Source: Hormiphora californensis (lineage: Eukaryota > Animalia > Ctenophora). From it: a DNA stretch of 64,000 bases. The notes under the pieces are model-generated. The model had not been told where the DNA came from and searched no databases. It was given only the letters and a program-made list of their open reading frames with translations. The position numbers and the translations under genes are program-made. The stretch lies in contig CM035358.1 of NCBI GenBank assembly GCA_020137815.1, forward strand, positions 7,564,001-7,628,000. Direction: 5' to 3'. Positions 1-20,741 of the stretch are shown piece after piece (within the stretch, counting starts at the first letter, position 1; every line of letters starts with the position of its first letter).

Positions 1-1263
1 GCAAAGGAGAGGACTGAGGAATGCTTGTCAAGTGTGAAAGAGTGGATGAGTGAGCACTGGCTAAAGTGCAATGAGGCAAAGACTGAATTCCTGCTGTTAG
101 GCAAAAACAGCGCCCTGGATAAGATGGCCTATCAGCCCACGGTGGACTTTGGTGGAGTGGAGATAAGCCCAGTGGACTTTACGGGGAGTACAGGGAAAAC
201 ACTAGGAGTGTTCCTTGATAGCAACCTCTCTATGGAGAGGCAAATCAACAGTGTTAAGAGGCAATGTGGTTTGTTGTTGAAGAATCTATGGCAGGTAAAC
301 CGGTGTCTAGATAGATCGACGAAGATACTCCTTGTTAAGCAGCTCATCATTTCAAGACTGGATTATTGTAATATCCTTTACCAAGGCTTACCTAAGAAGC
401 TTCTCAACAGCCTTCAGAGAGTCTTGAACTCGTGTGTCAGATTTGTTTATGGCCTACACGGTCACCAAGACACCTACATGCCATACTTGAAAGAATTGCA
501 TGTTCTTCCTGTGGAACAACGAGTCACGTTCAAAGCATGCCTTATGGCGTACAAGATTGTACATGGATTGGCCCCTGACTACCTGCAAGATCAGGTCCCT
601 GTTGATGATGGACTTCATGTGATCCGGGCTACTAGAGGAAATGCTTGGCCTGATGGCCTCAAGCTGAAGTACCCTAAGCTATCAAGTGTCAACGCGACTT
701 CCAAGTTGAGAAGAAGACGTCCGTCGGTTTACCTGCCTGAAGTCTGGAATGGGCTTCCCCTTGATCTGAGAGCTGTTGAGTCTGTGGAATCTTTCAAGTC
801 TAAGCTCAAGACTAGTCTTTTCACTGAGGCTTTTGGTGAGACTGGACTGTCCTCTTAACACTCTCCTTCTTGCTGAGGTATGTGCTCTAGCTGGTACCCG
901 TTTTTAATTATTTTTCTGTATTTAAGCTCGTGGCGAGCAGAAGTGTGAAGCATAAATTGGGGTTTTTCATAGCACGAGTGTTTTTCTGTGTTTCCAATAT
1001 ACGGACTTTTAAATCATTTTTTAGAGTTCCAGGACTCTAACTCAGTCTGCTATGTAATCAGTCACCGATAGTTATGTGAGCCGATAGTAATGTGAGCCGG
1101 TGTAATTTTTCTTTATTATTTTTGTTCTATTAGGGATAAGTTGGCGAGGTCTTACCAGTATATTAACCGTTCAGATCATCCTTCAGTGACAGCAGCAGTT
1201 TCGCTGCTCTGTCCCTGTCGGATATGGGCGGAATATAAACATAGTTATTATTATTATTATTAT
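1..1263 (+). mobile_element. L2-clade LINE, 3' portion (RT C-terminus 25-858, 3' UTR, (TTA)n tail)
   Basis: ORF with L2/CR1-group RT C-terminal motifs (WLKCNEAKTEFL, LGVFLDSNLSM, SRLDYCNILY, WNGLPLDLR..FKSKLKT), then UTR, terminal stem-loop and (TTA)n at 1245-1263; runs off the window start. Confidence 0.92.
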
Positions 1264-1320
1264 CTTATTCCATTATCAATATGTATAACTAATCTCATTT
1301 TTATAGTTGCATGACACACA

Positions 1321-1466
<146 letters not shown>

Positions 1467-1587
1467 GGGGGAAGAAAGAAAGAGATTAGTATTACCTATT
1501 TTACCAAAATGAATTGTAATTTTATGAATTTATAATAATTTTAGTATTCATGCAATTACAGATATTCCAGTGTCAGTTAATTAATCA

Positions 1588-1719
1588 CAGTCAGACCCCG
1601 ATTTACCGAGAGAATAAACTTCCCCGATATGATAGGAATTGAACAGTATTTGACCCCAATATACCGACTTACAAAGCAAACCCATTTCCCGAGCATCCCG
1701 GTAAATCGGGGTCCGACTG
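1588..1719. mobile_element. MITE with CAGTCGGACCCCGATTTACCG-type TIRs (Tc1/pogo-like); other copies or fragments at 4693-4758, 13978-14011, 47399-47477
   Basis: cagtcagaccccgatttaccg ... cggtaaatcggggtccgactg inverted ends; CAGT termini, TA flank kept at 4691 and 14012. Confidence 0.85.
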
Positions 1720-1796
1720 TTTGTCTATATATGAGTCTCTCAGTATAATATCAGTAGCCCTTCACATTATATAATGCTATTTAGGTTCACTATGTA

Positions 1797-4316
1797 ATGC
1801 CATCGTGTGTAGTACACGGCTGCAACCGAAGAACGGGTGACAGCATCAGTCAGCTTAAACGTCCGTACCTGAGGTTCCTATCATTTCCTGATGGTGAACA
1901 AGGCGATCGTTGGTTGGAAACAATCGGGAGGAAAGATGATAAGCTAAAGCGGAAAAATATGAGCATCTGTTCTGATCATTTTCGGTGAGAATTTGTAACA
2001 AACCTAATCTGAATTGTTATTGTTTTAGCTACAGTATTCTTTTAGTACTTGAAATTATATTCCGTGACATTTCAGAGAAGAACAATATGACAAAGTTTCC
2101 CTGCTGGCAAATTTGAGGTATATCAAGAATGCCATTGAAGACAAATCCAGCTCCATTCGGCGCCCCAAGACACTAAAGCTGAAGCAGGGACAAGTACCAA
2201 GCATGTTATCAAAGTTTATCCCTGAGTGTGAGTATCTTTTAGATAACGGTATTAAAATATCTGGTCGACCTTCAGTCGACTCTAGCTCTCGTGGGGCGTA
2301 TAATTTCTGCCACAGAATATTATAATAAATGGGTTTATTTAGAAGCATTTGCCATTGATGCCTATGATGAATGAACTACGCCAATTATTTTACAGATCGA
2401 GGACCGGGTACTGCTGGAAAACATGTATGGCCTACTAAAGAAGCTCTTGATTATGTCGGTATGTTTGAGTAGTTGAATATTGTACGGAATATTTCTAGTA
2501 ATCCGTTTGTATACATACATACATATTCTATATTTGTGACGCTCCTCTCTGATCTCTCGTCCTTTTTTGGCGAATACACTGGAACGGGCACCCATCTTAA
2601 CATATAACCTCTTCCCACAGACAAAATGGAAAAGGATACCTTGGGAGATAGATTGTCAACCCCCGGACCGTCATCGAGAAATGAAGAGAGTGCCGGTATG
2701 TTTGTGTTGATCTGCATCCCATCGTACGGTTATAGTACATAAGTTGTATAAAACTTATAAATACATAATCTATTCCCCTCACAGAAACAGTAGACCTTCT
2801 ATAATAATATGATGTGTTTGTATTTGTTTGCATCTCTCTTTCTTTTCCCGCTGCACTATCGAAAGAGACAATAGTAACAGGTTGCCACTGACATTACCCT
2901 CTTTAGCAATGAATCACAGACGACACACGGCCGTGGTTAAGGAGAGAAAGCTCGACTACACGCCCCTGGATCAGGACCCCCTGCAGGGGAAAGAATTCCC
3001 TACAACACCAACAAACCTGACTCCACCACATCCGAGCCAGTCCACAGAACAGCAAGTAAGATATTCTAACAACCCTATAACTTACCCTACCAACTTTTCT
3101 TTAACGGTGGTGGATGTTAATTCTACCCTAGTAAAGGCCACACGGCAATTTCTGGTGAAAATGGGCCCATTTACGGCCACCAACTCGCCCATTCTCAACA
3201 ATATGGACCCATTTTACGGTGGATGTTAATGGAATGTTAACCGATATATTCTCAGGAAGGAGGGACTTCAGGAGCAGCATCCCAACCCTATCCTTCTCAG
3301 GAGGTGTTTCAGGTAAATGTGCTGCAGCTACTGCAGGAAATACGGGTCCCTGATTGGCTGATAACCAGTCATGTGACCCAAATAACGAGTTCTGATTGGT
3401 TCCTGTGTTTCAGGCAACTGTGCTGCAGCTACTGCAGGAAACCGTTGCGTCAAATGCACGATTAGAGAATGAAGTTAACGATCTGACTACCATCCAGTCT
3501 GAAACTCAAAAGGGAGTAGTGGCCTTGAAACAACAGGTCGCTGACCTACAAAATCAAATGAAAGGTAGATAGTTCACGGGATAATAGGAGTGTGATATCC
3601 AGTTAAACTGATTCATTTCAACATTGAAACCAATTCCTTTTCCTCAGCTTTATCAGAAGGACTGACGATTCCCGGGGCAAAATTTCAACCGGTCAAGCCA
3701 ACAGATACCTCCTGGGAGTTGGATCCCGATCCAGAAACGCGGGAAATACGGAGAGATCTAAAAGACACAACATCTCATAATGAGTTCCTTCGGTATGCAC
3801 TTGTCCCAATCTGAATCTGATGAACAAACAAGCACTTTTCCCAATCTGAATCTGATGAACAAACAAGCACTTGTCCCAATCTCATGGACACATTTTATTT
3901 GAAATATATCCACGGTTAAAAAATATCCGATCAGATCGGATCCCATGACCCTAGTGGCCACTATTAGTGACCCCAAACTGGGGAGTGGGGTCCTGGGGTG
4001 GTGGGACGTTTGGGTTACAATACATTCAATTCTCTTCTGACACATAACCACATTCAGTGTCGGCATGAAGAGGAAGTTTGGAGATGACATTGCCACCAAG
4101 AGGCTCTTCCGTGAATCCAGCAATATTCCCAAGGCAGCAAGGGTGGAGCAGGATGGATTACCGGAGGATGCCTTCTTTGACAGGAAGTGGACAAACACCC
4201 TACTGCGTGCAGCGGCAAACAGGTTTACTACAATCAAACCTGTTGTAATAAGGGGAACTCTCCGAAAACACCTCTCTTATTTGCACTCCAAGAACAACGG
4301 GCCGGACGCCGATTGA
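1797..4316 (+). CDS. THAP zinc-finger protein with coiled coil and BEN-like C-terminal domain; exons 1797-1984, 2076-2227, 2396-2458, 2621-2695, 2907-3055, 3256-3312, 3414-3564, 3648-3792, 4058-4316
   Basis: MPSCVVHGC...FLSFP...RW...ICSDHF/R...LKLKQGQVPS is the THAP C2CH signature; all 8 GT-AG introns join in phase with no stop; coiled coil ATVLQLLQETVASNARLENEVNDL..; C-terminus HNEFLRVGMKRKFGDDIATKRLF resembles BEN. Confidence 0.85.
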
Positions 4317-4788
4317 AAATGAATTTGAGACAATTTATATAACAATCTATTTTTAGGTTTATATACTTCATATCTTACTAATTAACTCTGCAGAACGGTG
4401 CGGGTGTGTAAGTCCTAACTTAATTTTATAGCGTGTGTCGTTGATTGGGATGAATTCAGAGCCTTCGAGAATCGATCAGGATCCAAGTTCACATCAAACA
4501 TAGCATGTGGAATGAGTTGGCAACTGTACGATTCCTTCAATTTGTTACCGTTTTTAACATTTTAACATTATTTTAATAATTTATCAACCCGTCTGCCGTT
4601 AATATAGTGCAGTGACAACCTAATTCAAGTGTTTTGACTCAATGGGGGGATTATCTAAACTCTTTATCATCCAAACTCACCCTGCTATAATACAGTCGGA
4701 CCCCGTTTTACCGGGATGCTCGGAGGAAAATGGTTTTGCCCGGTAATTCGGGGTCCAACTTTATATTCAAATCACCTAAATCACGTAC

Positions 4789-14189
<9,401 letters not shown>

Positions 14190-14503
14190 GTTTAGAGTTG
14201 ATGAAGGTAATTATTTAACACCATATTTGGTCATATTGTTTTTGTAGAGTACATGATGAGAACTGTAGGCTCTTCAGGCGACATTGGAAGCTAAAAAATA
14301 AATAAATTAAGTTTATTTTTATTGCATTTAGAATCTTATGACAGAACTTTTGAAAGCAAGTTATTTTCAGTAAATTTTTTCAAATAAATACGTGTCCGTG
14401 GTCATTATTAATTTTAAAGCCCAAAGATTTCATTAACATCTCAGTTCTCGCTTATTCCGAAGTGTTCCTCTTGTTTTGGCACGGGTCCCTATATTGATCA
14501 TCA

Positions 14504-15064
14504 TCATGACGGTTCACTGAAACTATTGGAATCCATGAGGCCGTCCAACTTTTGTTGCAGGATTTCCAACATGCCAGATATTATAAAGAGATGGGTGTCA
14601 TCCAGGTCTGAGATAATGAACCTGCAAAAGAGAGATATGGTAAATGGTGATGGTGGGGAGGGGTGGTTGGGGTAGGGGTGACCAACAATGAGAAGATATT
14701 GAGCAGGATCCGACCGAATTAAGTAAACAACCAATCAGAACTCGTTATTTAGGTCACGTGACTAGTTATCAGCCAATCAGGGACCAGTATTTCCTGATTC
14801 GGTCGGTTCCTGATATTGAGCGATCTGCGACATTATCACTGAGGTGCTCCATCATATAGCACAAATTTGAGACGTTCAACTAAAGCCACACTAAGTGATG
14901 ACGGAGTGCCACTGTCAGTAGGCTCTAAATCACATCTATTATACTTAGAACGAACAAATCCCAACTTACTTTTGACCGATAGCTCCAGTCTCGTCAAGAT
15001 GAACTAGGAATTGTTTGACAGGGGCATCACATGTTAGAAGCACTCCTTTAGTCACATTCACCAT
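14504..15064 (-). CDS. GTF2H5: TFIIH subunit 5 (TTDA/TFB5); exons 15064-14970 and 14621-14504
   Basis: [66 protein letters not shown] matches the GTF2H5 family. Confidence 0.95.
14704..14812. mobile_element. 109-bp hAT-type MITE in the GTF2H5 intron
   Basis: TIR caggatccgaccgaa / ttcggtcggttcctg; 8-bp TSD ATATTGAG at 14696-14703 and 14813-14820. Confidence 0.92.
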
Positions 15065-15755
15065 CCTACCATGAAAATATGGAATTACTGTCTGTGTTAC
15101 ATTAGAATTAGATAGATAAAAGCAAGAGTTATACAGTTATTGAAAACTAACAAGAATTATTGCATTATGTATTCATAATGCTGTGTTTCCCTGCCCTACC
15201 GTTTCACATGTCACTGTCAGTGACATTGTCACTGCCAACATGACAGGATCAAGGCTTGGTCATAATGTAATGTGAGATGCATACGATCTAGCTGTCAGTA
15301 TACTTCTCACATAGCTTAGAGTTAGCTAACTCCCAATCACATGACACTTGCTAACCAGCTTTTGACATTCCAACTTAACTACTTATCTAACATCTCACAC
15401 TCGACTCGCAAGATGAAAATATGTATGTAACACGCGAAACGCGCGGCAGAGCATTTCATGTTTTGTTGAGTGGCGCGCGCACACACGTCCATCAAACTGT
15501 GTCAATGAGGTGTTTGATGAAGGAGTAGCTCGTCACTGTGCGCGCGGCTCTAGTTGCTACACCGTTGCCCTCGCAACGAAAGTGTGACCAAAAAATGTCC
15601 CTCTACCGATTAGTTAGTATACCAAAATGTCGTTTTCGAATTCTAACCCTGCTATGCCTTTTTACAAAGTAAAAAGGCATCCGGGTGAATGCCTTCGGCA
15701 TTCACCCGGGCAGGGAAAAAATATTCGACAGTGCAGAACACACAAAACAGTAAAA

Positions 15756-16751
15756 CTACTTTGTAAATGGCCATTTCAAAACCTCAAAAAGACTCCAAGC
15801 ACCCTTTTTAACATATCCCACAGGGTCTCTCTTCACCTCCTTCAGCCCCTCCACAACCTCTTCTCTCCCAAAGAACATGAGCCAGGACAGTGCAATGTAA
15901 ACCACTGCAGTTCCTAGTGCAACCCTAAACACTGGTAAATTCTTGGCCGACTCAGGCTCCTCCCGTGTTGAACTTGTAAATGTTTCTGGTGAAGTTCGCG
16001 TGAATAACTTTGCGGCTAGATCGTGGTCCACATTCCTCCAAAACACCATGAACATTCCATTAGGAAAGCGGCAAATATTTCCATCTGATGTCAGGTAGCA
16101 CTCTCGAGCGCTCCATGTGTTGTTAACCCTCTCACCGTGTATTGTTAGATAGGATACCTTCACCCCACCCCCTACCATCTCCATACGTCCAACAATACGA
16201 GGCACCAACAGAAGTGGTATTGTAGCAGCCAGGGTCAGTAGAGAGAGGGCGTTAGTGATATAGAACAGAGTTAGATCCGTTACCTCGAACCCTGAGGTGA
16301 CACCCCACGTTACCATGGTAACAGAGTTAGCAACTGAGAGTCCAATAAGGGATAATTTGGAGAAAGTGAGGGAAGATCGGAGTGTTCTCATTGTCTGAGC
16401 TGAGAGGTGAGTTACTGTGCTTCTTCTGGACTGTGTTTTGGGTATTGCTGCTGCTGCTGTTGCAAAGTGTCGAATATTGTTGGGTGTTGCTGCTGCTGTT
16501 GCAAAGTGTCGAATATTGTTGGGTGTTGCTGCTGCTGTTGCAAAGTGTCGAATATTGTTGGGTGTTGCTGTTGAAAAGTTTCTGATAGAGATGGGAGCTG
16601 CTGAGAAGTGTTTCAAGGAGTTGGGAGTAGCAGTAAAGGAGGGAAGAAGGTCTGTTGTTGAACTAAACTGATATCTTGATGAAGTAGCAGAGTAATAACG
16701 GAGCGAGGCGAAACAGGAGCGTGTGATTTGATCTCTTAAACAAATCATCAT
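15756..16751 (-). CDS. Intronless mitochondrial membrane protein, TMEM186/TMEM70-like, with 39-bp repeats in the presequence
   Basis: 331-aa ORF; Arg/Ser-rich presequence with TPNNIRHFATAAA repeats; two TM helices then RIVGRMEM..VKVSYLTIHGERVN, as in TMEM186; extra C-terminal TM. Confidence 0.6.
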   Translation of the reverse strand: MMICLRDQITRSCFASLRYYSATSSRYQFSSTTDLLPSFTATPNSLKHFSAAPISIRNFSTATPNNIRHFATAAATPNNIRHFATAAATPNNIRHFATAAAAIPKTQSRRSTVTHLSAQTMRTLRSSLTFSKLSLIGLSVANSVTMVTWGVTSGFEVTDLTLFYITNALSLLTLAATIPLLLVPRIVGRMEMVGGGVKVSYLTIHGERVNNTWSARECYLTSDGNICRFPNGMFMVFWRNVDHDLAAKLFTRTSPETFTSSTREEPESAKNLPVFRVALGTAVVYIALSWLMFFGREEVVEGLKEVKRDPVGYVKKGAWSLFEVLKWPFTK

Positions 16752-16990
16752 CGCTAAAATATTAACAAATTGAGAGTTAATAACATGATTATATTAGAGT
16801 TGATTGAAAGATGTTCTTGTGTTGCTATTGTTTTTGTGTATTTAAATAAGTAAAATTTTAGCTTGTACATTTCAATAAACGGATTGCACTCTTTTTTACT
16901 GTCTCTTCAAACACATCCAGTTTGTCACGTTACTTCATATTTCGAGTATTCTCACCAACTTCCATACGATCATCATATTCCCCCTCTATC

Positions 16991-17836
16991 TCATGATGTT
17001 ACCATTTTCTCCACCCCCTCAATTCCACTCTCCCCATCCTTCTCCTCCTTCTTCTTCCTCCCATTAGCTGCAATATCCCTCGCAAGATTCTGTAATATCT
17101 CGTCCACACTATCAACTCGTGTTTTGTGTCCCTTGGCAATGGCAACGTACTGGCTGTAAGATGTAGCACGAGGATCACATGTCACCTTGCTGTGCTGAGC
17201 TAGGAGCATCGCTTGCCGGCGCTGTTTCTGTGGTGGAGAAAGAGGGTTTAGGGATTGTCGGCTGTCGCAAAAGTAAAAACTAAATTTTTAGTCACATTCT
17301 TCTTTTGAGGGAAGATGGTCTCTCAAAAGCTCAGTTTTTGATTGTTTTTCGTGAAATTGGTTTTCAAGTTTTTAACTACAGAATTCTACATACCAGTTCG
17401 GTTACAAGAACATCACAATAGTGTGAGAAATCCTCCAGACTCCTCTCAAAGGTGGGCACACCCTGTTCCCCTGATGGTCGAATTATCTGACTGTCGATGG
17501 CGGAGTTGATGGCGAAATTTACACCTGCACTCTTCATCAACAACTGGAAGGGGAGGATACAACTGTTACAATACAAGTTAATTATGGGAGGACCTGGGAT
17601 GGTACAAGTTATGGGAGGACCTAAATCACACAAAGCTGAATAAATAATCAACCGATTTATAACTCTTCCAATGACTGATCTGAGTGATCATTGAGGAAGG
17701 GAAATATAGGAATCTCTACAAGTACAGACAGATTGTTTCACAAACTGAAAGTAAGACAACTACCTACATGTAAGCTTCCTTTGACGTGATCCATTATAGG
17801 TTTCAGTTCCACGGACAAATCAGGGGATGAAGTCAT
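16991..17836 (-). CDS. MED29: Mediator subunit 29 (intersex); exons 17836-17768, 17543-17394, 17227-16991
   Basis: VKGSLH/LLMKSAGVNFAINSAID..VPTFERSLEDFSHYCDVL..TSYSQYVAIAKGH..VDEILQNLA follows the MED29 pattern; three phase-0 exons, 151 aa. Confidence 0.85.
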
Positions 17837-18324
17837 AGCTAATGTAATTCGTTGAAAATATCGAATTGTTGTAGATTAAATGTGAGCCAAAGTTAGTTAA
17901 AATAAATTAAAATAGCAAAACATAGAATATAGATAGCTGTGTGACATTGATATGTAATAGCTCTTATAATAAGAGTGCATTGAGCAGCCACAATCACTAC
18001 TAATATTACATGTTAACACAATATGTTAACACAGTTAACACAGGTTAACACGCGTTGTTAACACGTTACCACACAAATGTATAAAAATGATTTCTACTGA
18101 TCAATGCTACTATTGTAACTAACTCACAAATCGAGTCCTTCATATAACAACCCTTCATCACACACTCCAATGAGAAGTATCGAAAATAATCAACATTTCC
18201 TCTTCTAAAGACCTTGTGCCACGCTGATAGACGCTTCCCAAAGAGTTCAGGTGTCCTGATGTCTCATCAAATCATCATCTCCTCATGCCTCAGTGAGAAG
18301 TTCTCCTTGAATACCTCGCATTAT

Positions 18325-19263
18325 CTAGGAGGGTTGTACCAGGAAGAAGTATGCCCCCCGGAGCTGTACGCCAATGCAGCCGGGACAGAGCCCCAGGAAG
18401 ATGTCTGAGAGGATGCTGGAGGAGGTGGAGGGGGAGGAGCACGGGACGGAGCAGGGGTGCTCGGTGGGGGTGGTTGGTTCTTGTACGGTGAGGACTTGTT
18501 ATAGGATCCAGTGCTCGGTGGGGGAGGCTGTGTCTTGTAAGGTGAGGACTTGTAGGAGGAGGATGGTCCAGTGGGTTGGGTATGTGGTAGTGGTGTGCCC
18601 CAGCTGGAGGAACTGGATGATGCAGCGGCAGATGGGTCTGAAAATAGAGAAATCGATAAAACAAACGGTTTAATTACGGCTAAGTCGTAATCAGAAAGAA
18701 TATCTAAGTTACATTTTTTTTCGACTCTAAAAAGTTACAAAAAGTTACAATACGTACCGTAAGCTGAGTAGCTTGATGTAGCAGCAGGCTGTTTCTTGTA
18801 GCTTGAAGTTGCAGCAGGATGTGTTTTGTAGTAGTTGTAGTGTTCACTTGTTTCATACGCAGCACTTGGATCACGATAGTTCACACTTTCTTTTCCTTGG
18901 TAACCATGGTTACCACCTGCACTACTCTCCGTTGCTTGGTAACCATGGTTACCTGTAGTACTCTCCGTTGCTTGGTAACCATGGGTACCACCACCTGTAC
19001 TACTCCCAGTTGCTTGGTAACCATGGTTACTCTCGTTTCCTTGGTAACCACTCGGATCGTAACCACTTGTATAGTACTGATGCTCTGGATACGATCCTTG
19101 CTGGTGCTGCTCCCCATACCCTCCATGTACCGCTTGTTGAGGGTACCCTGCTGCTGGCTGCTGAGGGTATCCCGCAGCTGGTTGTTGCTGAGCACCGTAC
19201 CCGGCATGCTCCTGCTGCTGCTGCTCATATCCCTGATACTGCTGATAATACCCTGCTTCACCA

Positions 19264-19296
<33 letters not shown>

Positions 19297-20447
19297 CCTG
19301 TAGATACCTCCTCTCCCGTGTATGGATCTATGTAACTTTGGCCCTCTGGCGCTGCTACTGGAACCTGTTGTTTCTCAGTCAGGAGCTTCAGCTCGTTATT
19401 ATCCCGGAAACTGTCTGATAGGAATGCTATGATGCTCTTCCCATGGAATCTGTTGTACCCAAAGAACTTCGAATTCAGTGAAATCCTCAGGTAGGCCAGC
19501 CAGGGATAATCGCGGCTTCTGAAGATAGGGAAAGACCTTTCAGGATTAGAGATGTGGTACAGTGCTTGCGCTGGCTAGCGCAATATGTCAGTGTTTTTGT
19601 AGTGTTCATGTTGATAACAGTGGTGCTCCGTCATATTAGCTGCATGTATGCATCGCGACCCAAAGCGTTGTTTACGGCGTCTAAGACGCACAAAAAAGCA
19701 TTCATTCAATGTGAGCGAACTACGTATTAGACTAAGGCCTATGACGGAGCACCACTGTAAGACAGATCTGAATAAACAATGAACTGTTTGGTACTGGATT
19801 TAAAATGAGACTCCACTTACTGTTTTAGTAACCCTCACAATCAGGTTATCTCGCAACTCTGCCCTCTGTCGTTTCTTCTTGTCCCGCTTCCGAGGGGGTT
19901 CGTCCACTATACTCTGACCGAGCATCTCTTGGAACAACGGGATATTTTCCGGTCTGGGGCGGGCGGGGGGGACAGGTATTAGATAGGATGGATCGAGTAC
20001 AAAAATAAATTATGGAGGGACAGGTATTACATAGATATAATCGAGTACTTGTTCGACCCTCTTTCTCTCGGCACCAAAGTCCAAATGTAAAGGAGGGTTA
20101 GAATATCGAATATAAAGGTAGATTAGTAAATGTTGATCACTGAGATGAGAAAATTATTTACTATTTAGCGGTAATTTCTTACCTGATGATTATGTCCTTT
20201 TTCCAATTCATTGTTATCGGAGGATGGCCTTGTTTGAACCCAGAAAAGAGCACATTATTTCCATCCGAGGACCACACTTTTGGTTTTAACTAAAAAAGAC
20301 GAACCAAATTAAATTAAAATAATTCAGTCAAGGGATTAAAAAAGACGGCTTCTTAACAAAATATCTACCAAAAAGTAAAGGCTTAGATTAAATCATAACA
20401 ACAGTAACTTACTCTCTGCAAGACAAGGGAGTTAACGCCAGGTCCAT
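18325..20447 (-). CDS. Multi-exon protein of unknown function with a long Q/G/Y/S/P-rich C-terminus (may be the 3' half of the gene at 22383-24991)
   Basis: In-phase chain MDLALTPLVLQR/LKPKVWSSDG..KDIIIR/PENIPLFQEM..VRVTKT/PAQALYHIS..QQQQHGEAGYYQQY..NHGYQATES repeats/DPSAAASS..PPPPPPPASS..WYNPPR*. Confidence 0.5.
19618..19757. mobile_element. 140-bp MITE with 3-bp TAA TSD (PIF/Harbinger-like)
   Basis: TIR cagtggtgctccgtcata / tatgacggagcaccactg flanked by TAA on both sides. Confidence 0.75.
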
Positions 20448-20741
20448 ACCAACAGCAATAATATTTTCCAGTTACCAATCTACCTGCATTCTCAGAATCT
20501 GAAAATATACCGCATTAAATAACTTTAGTAGTTGTTCTATCTACTTGCCTAGCTAGACTCTGTTTCGTGCGCCCCGCCCGGGGGTTAACAACTGTCCACA
20601 TATAATAGATCTCTAGAAAGGAAGTTATTTCAATATCTCCTTCTGGTGCAGATTTACACATCTCTAAACACTACTAAAATCTAGCTGAACACCAAAAATT
20701 TAAAATAACTATCATTAAATAACTTTAGTAGTTGTTATATC

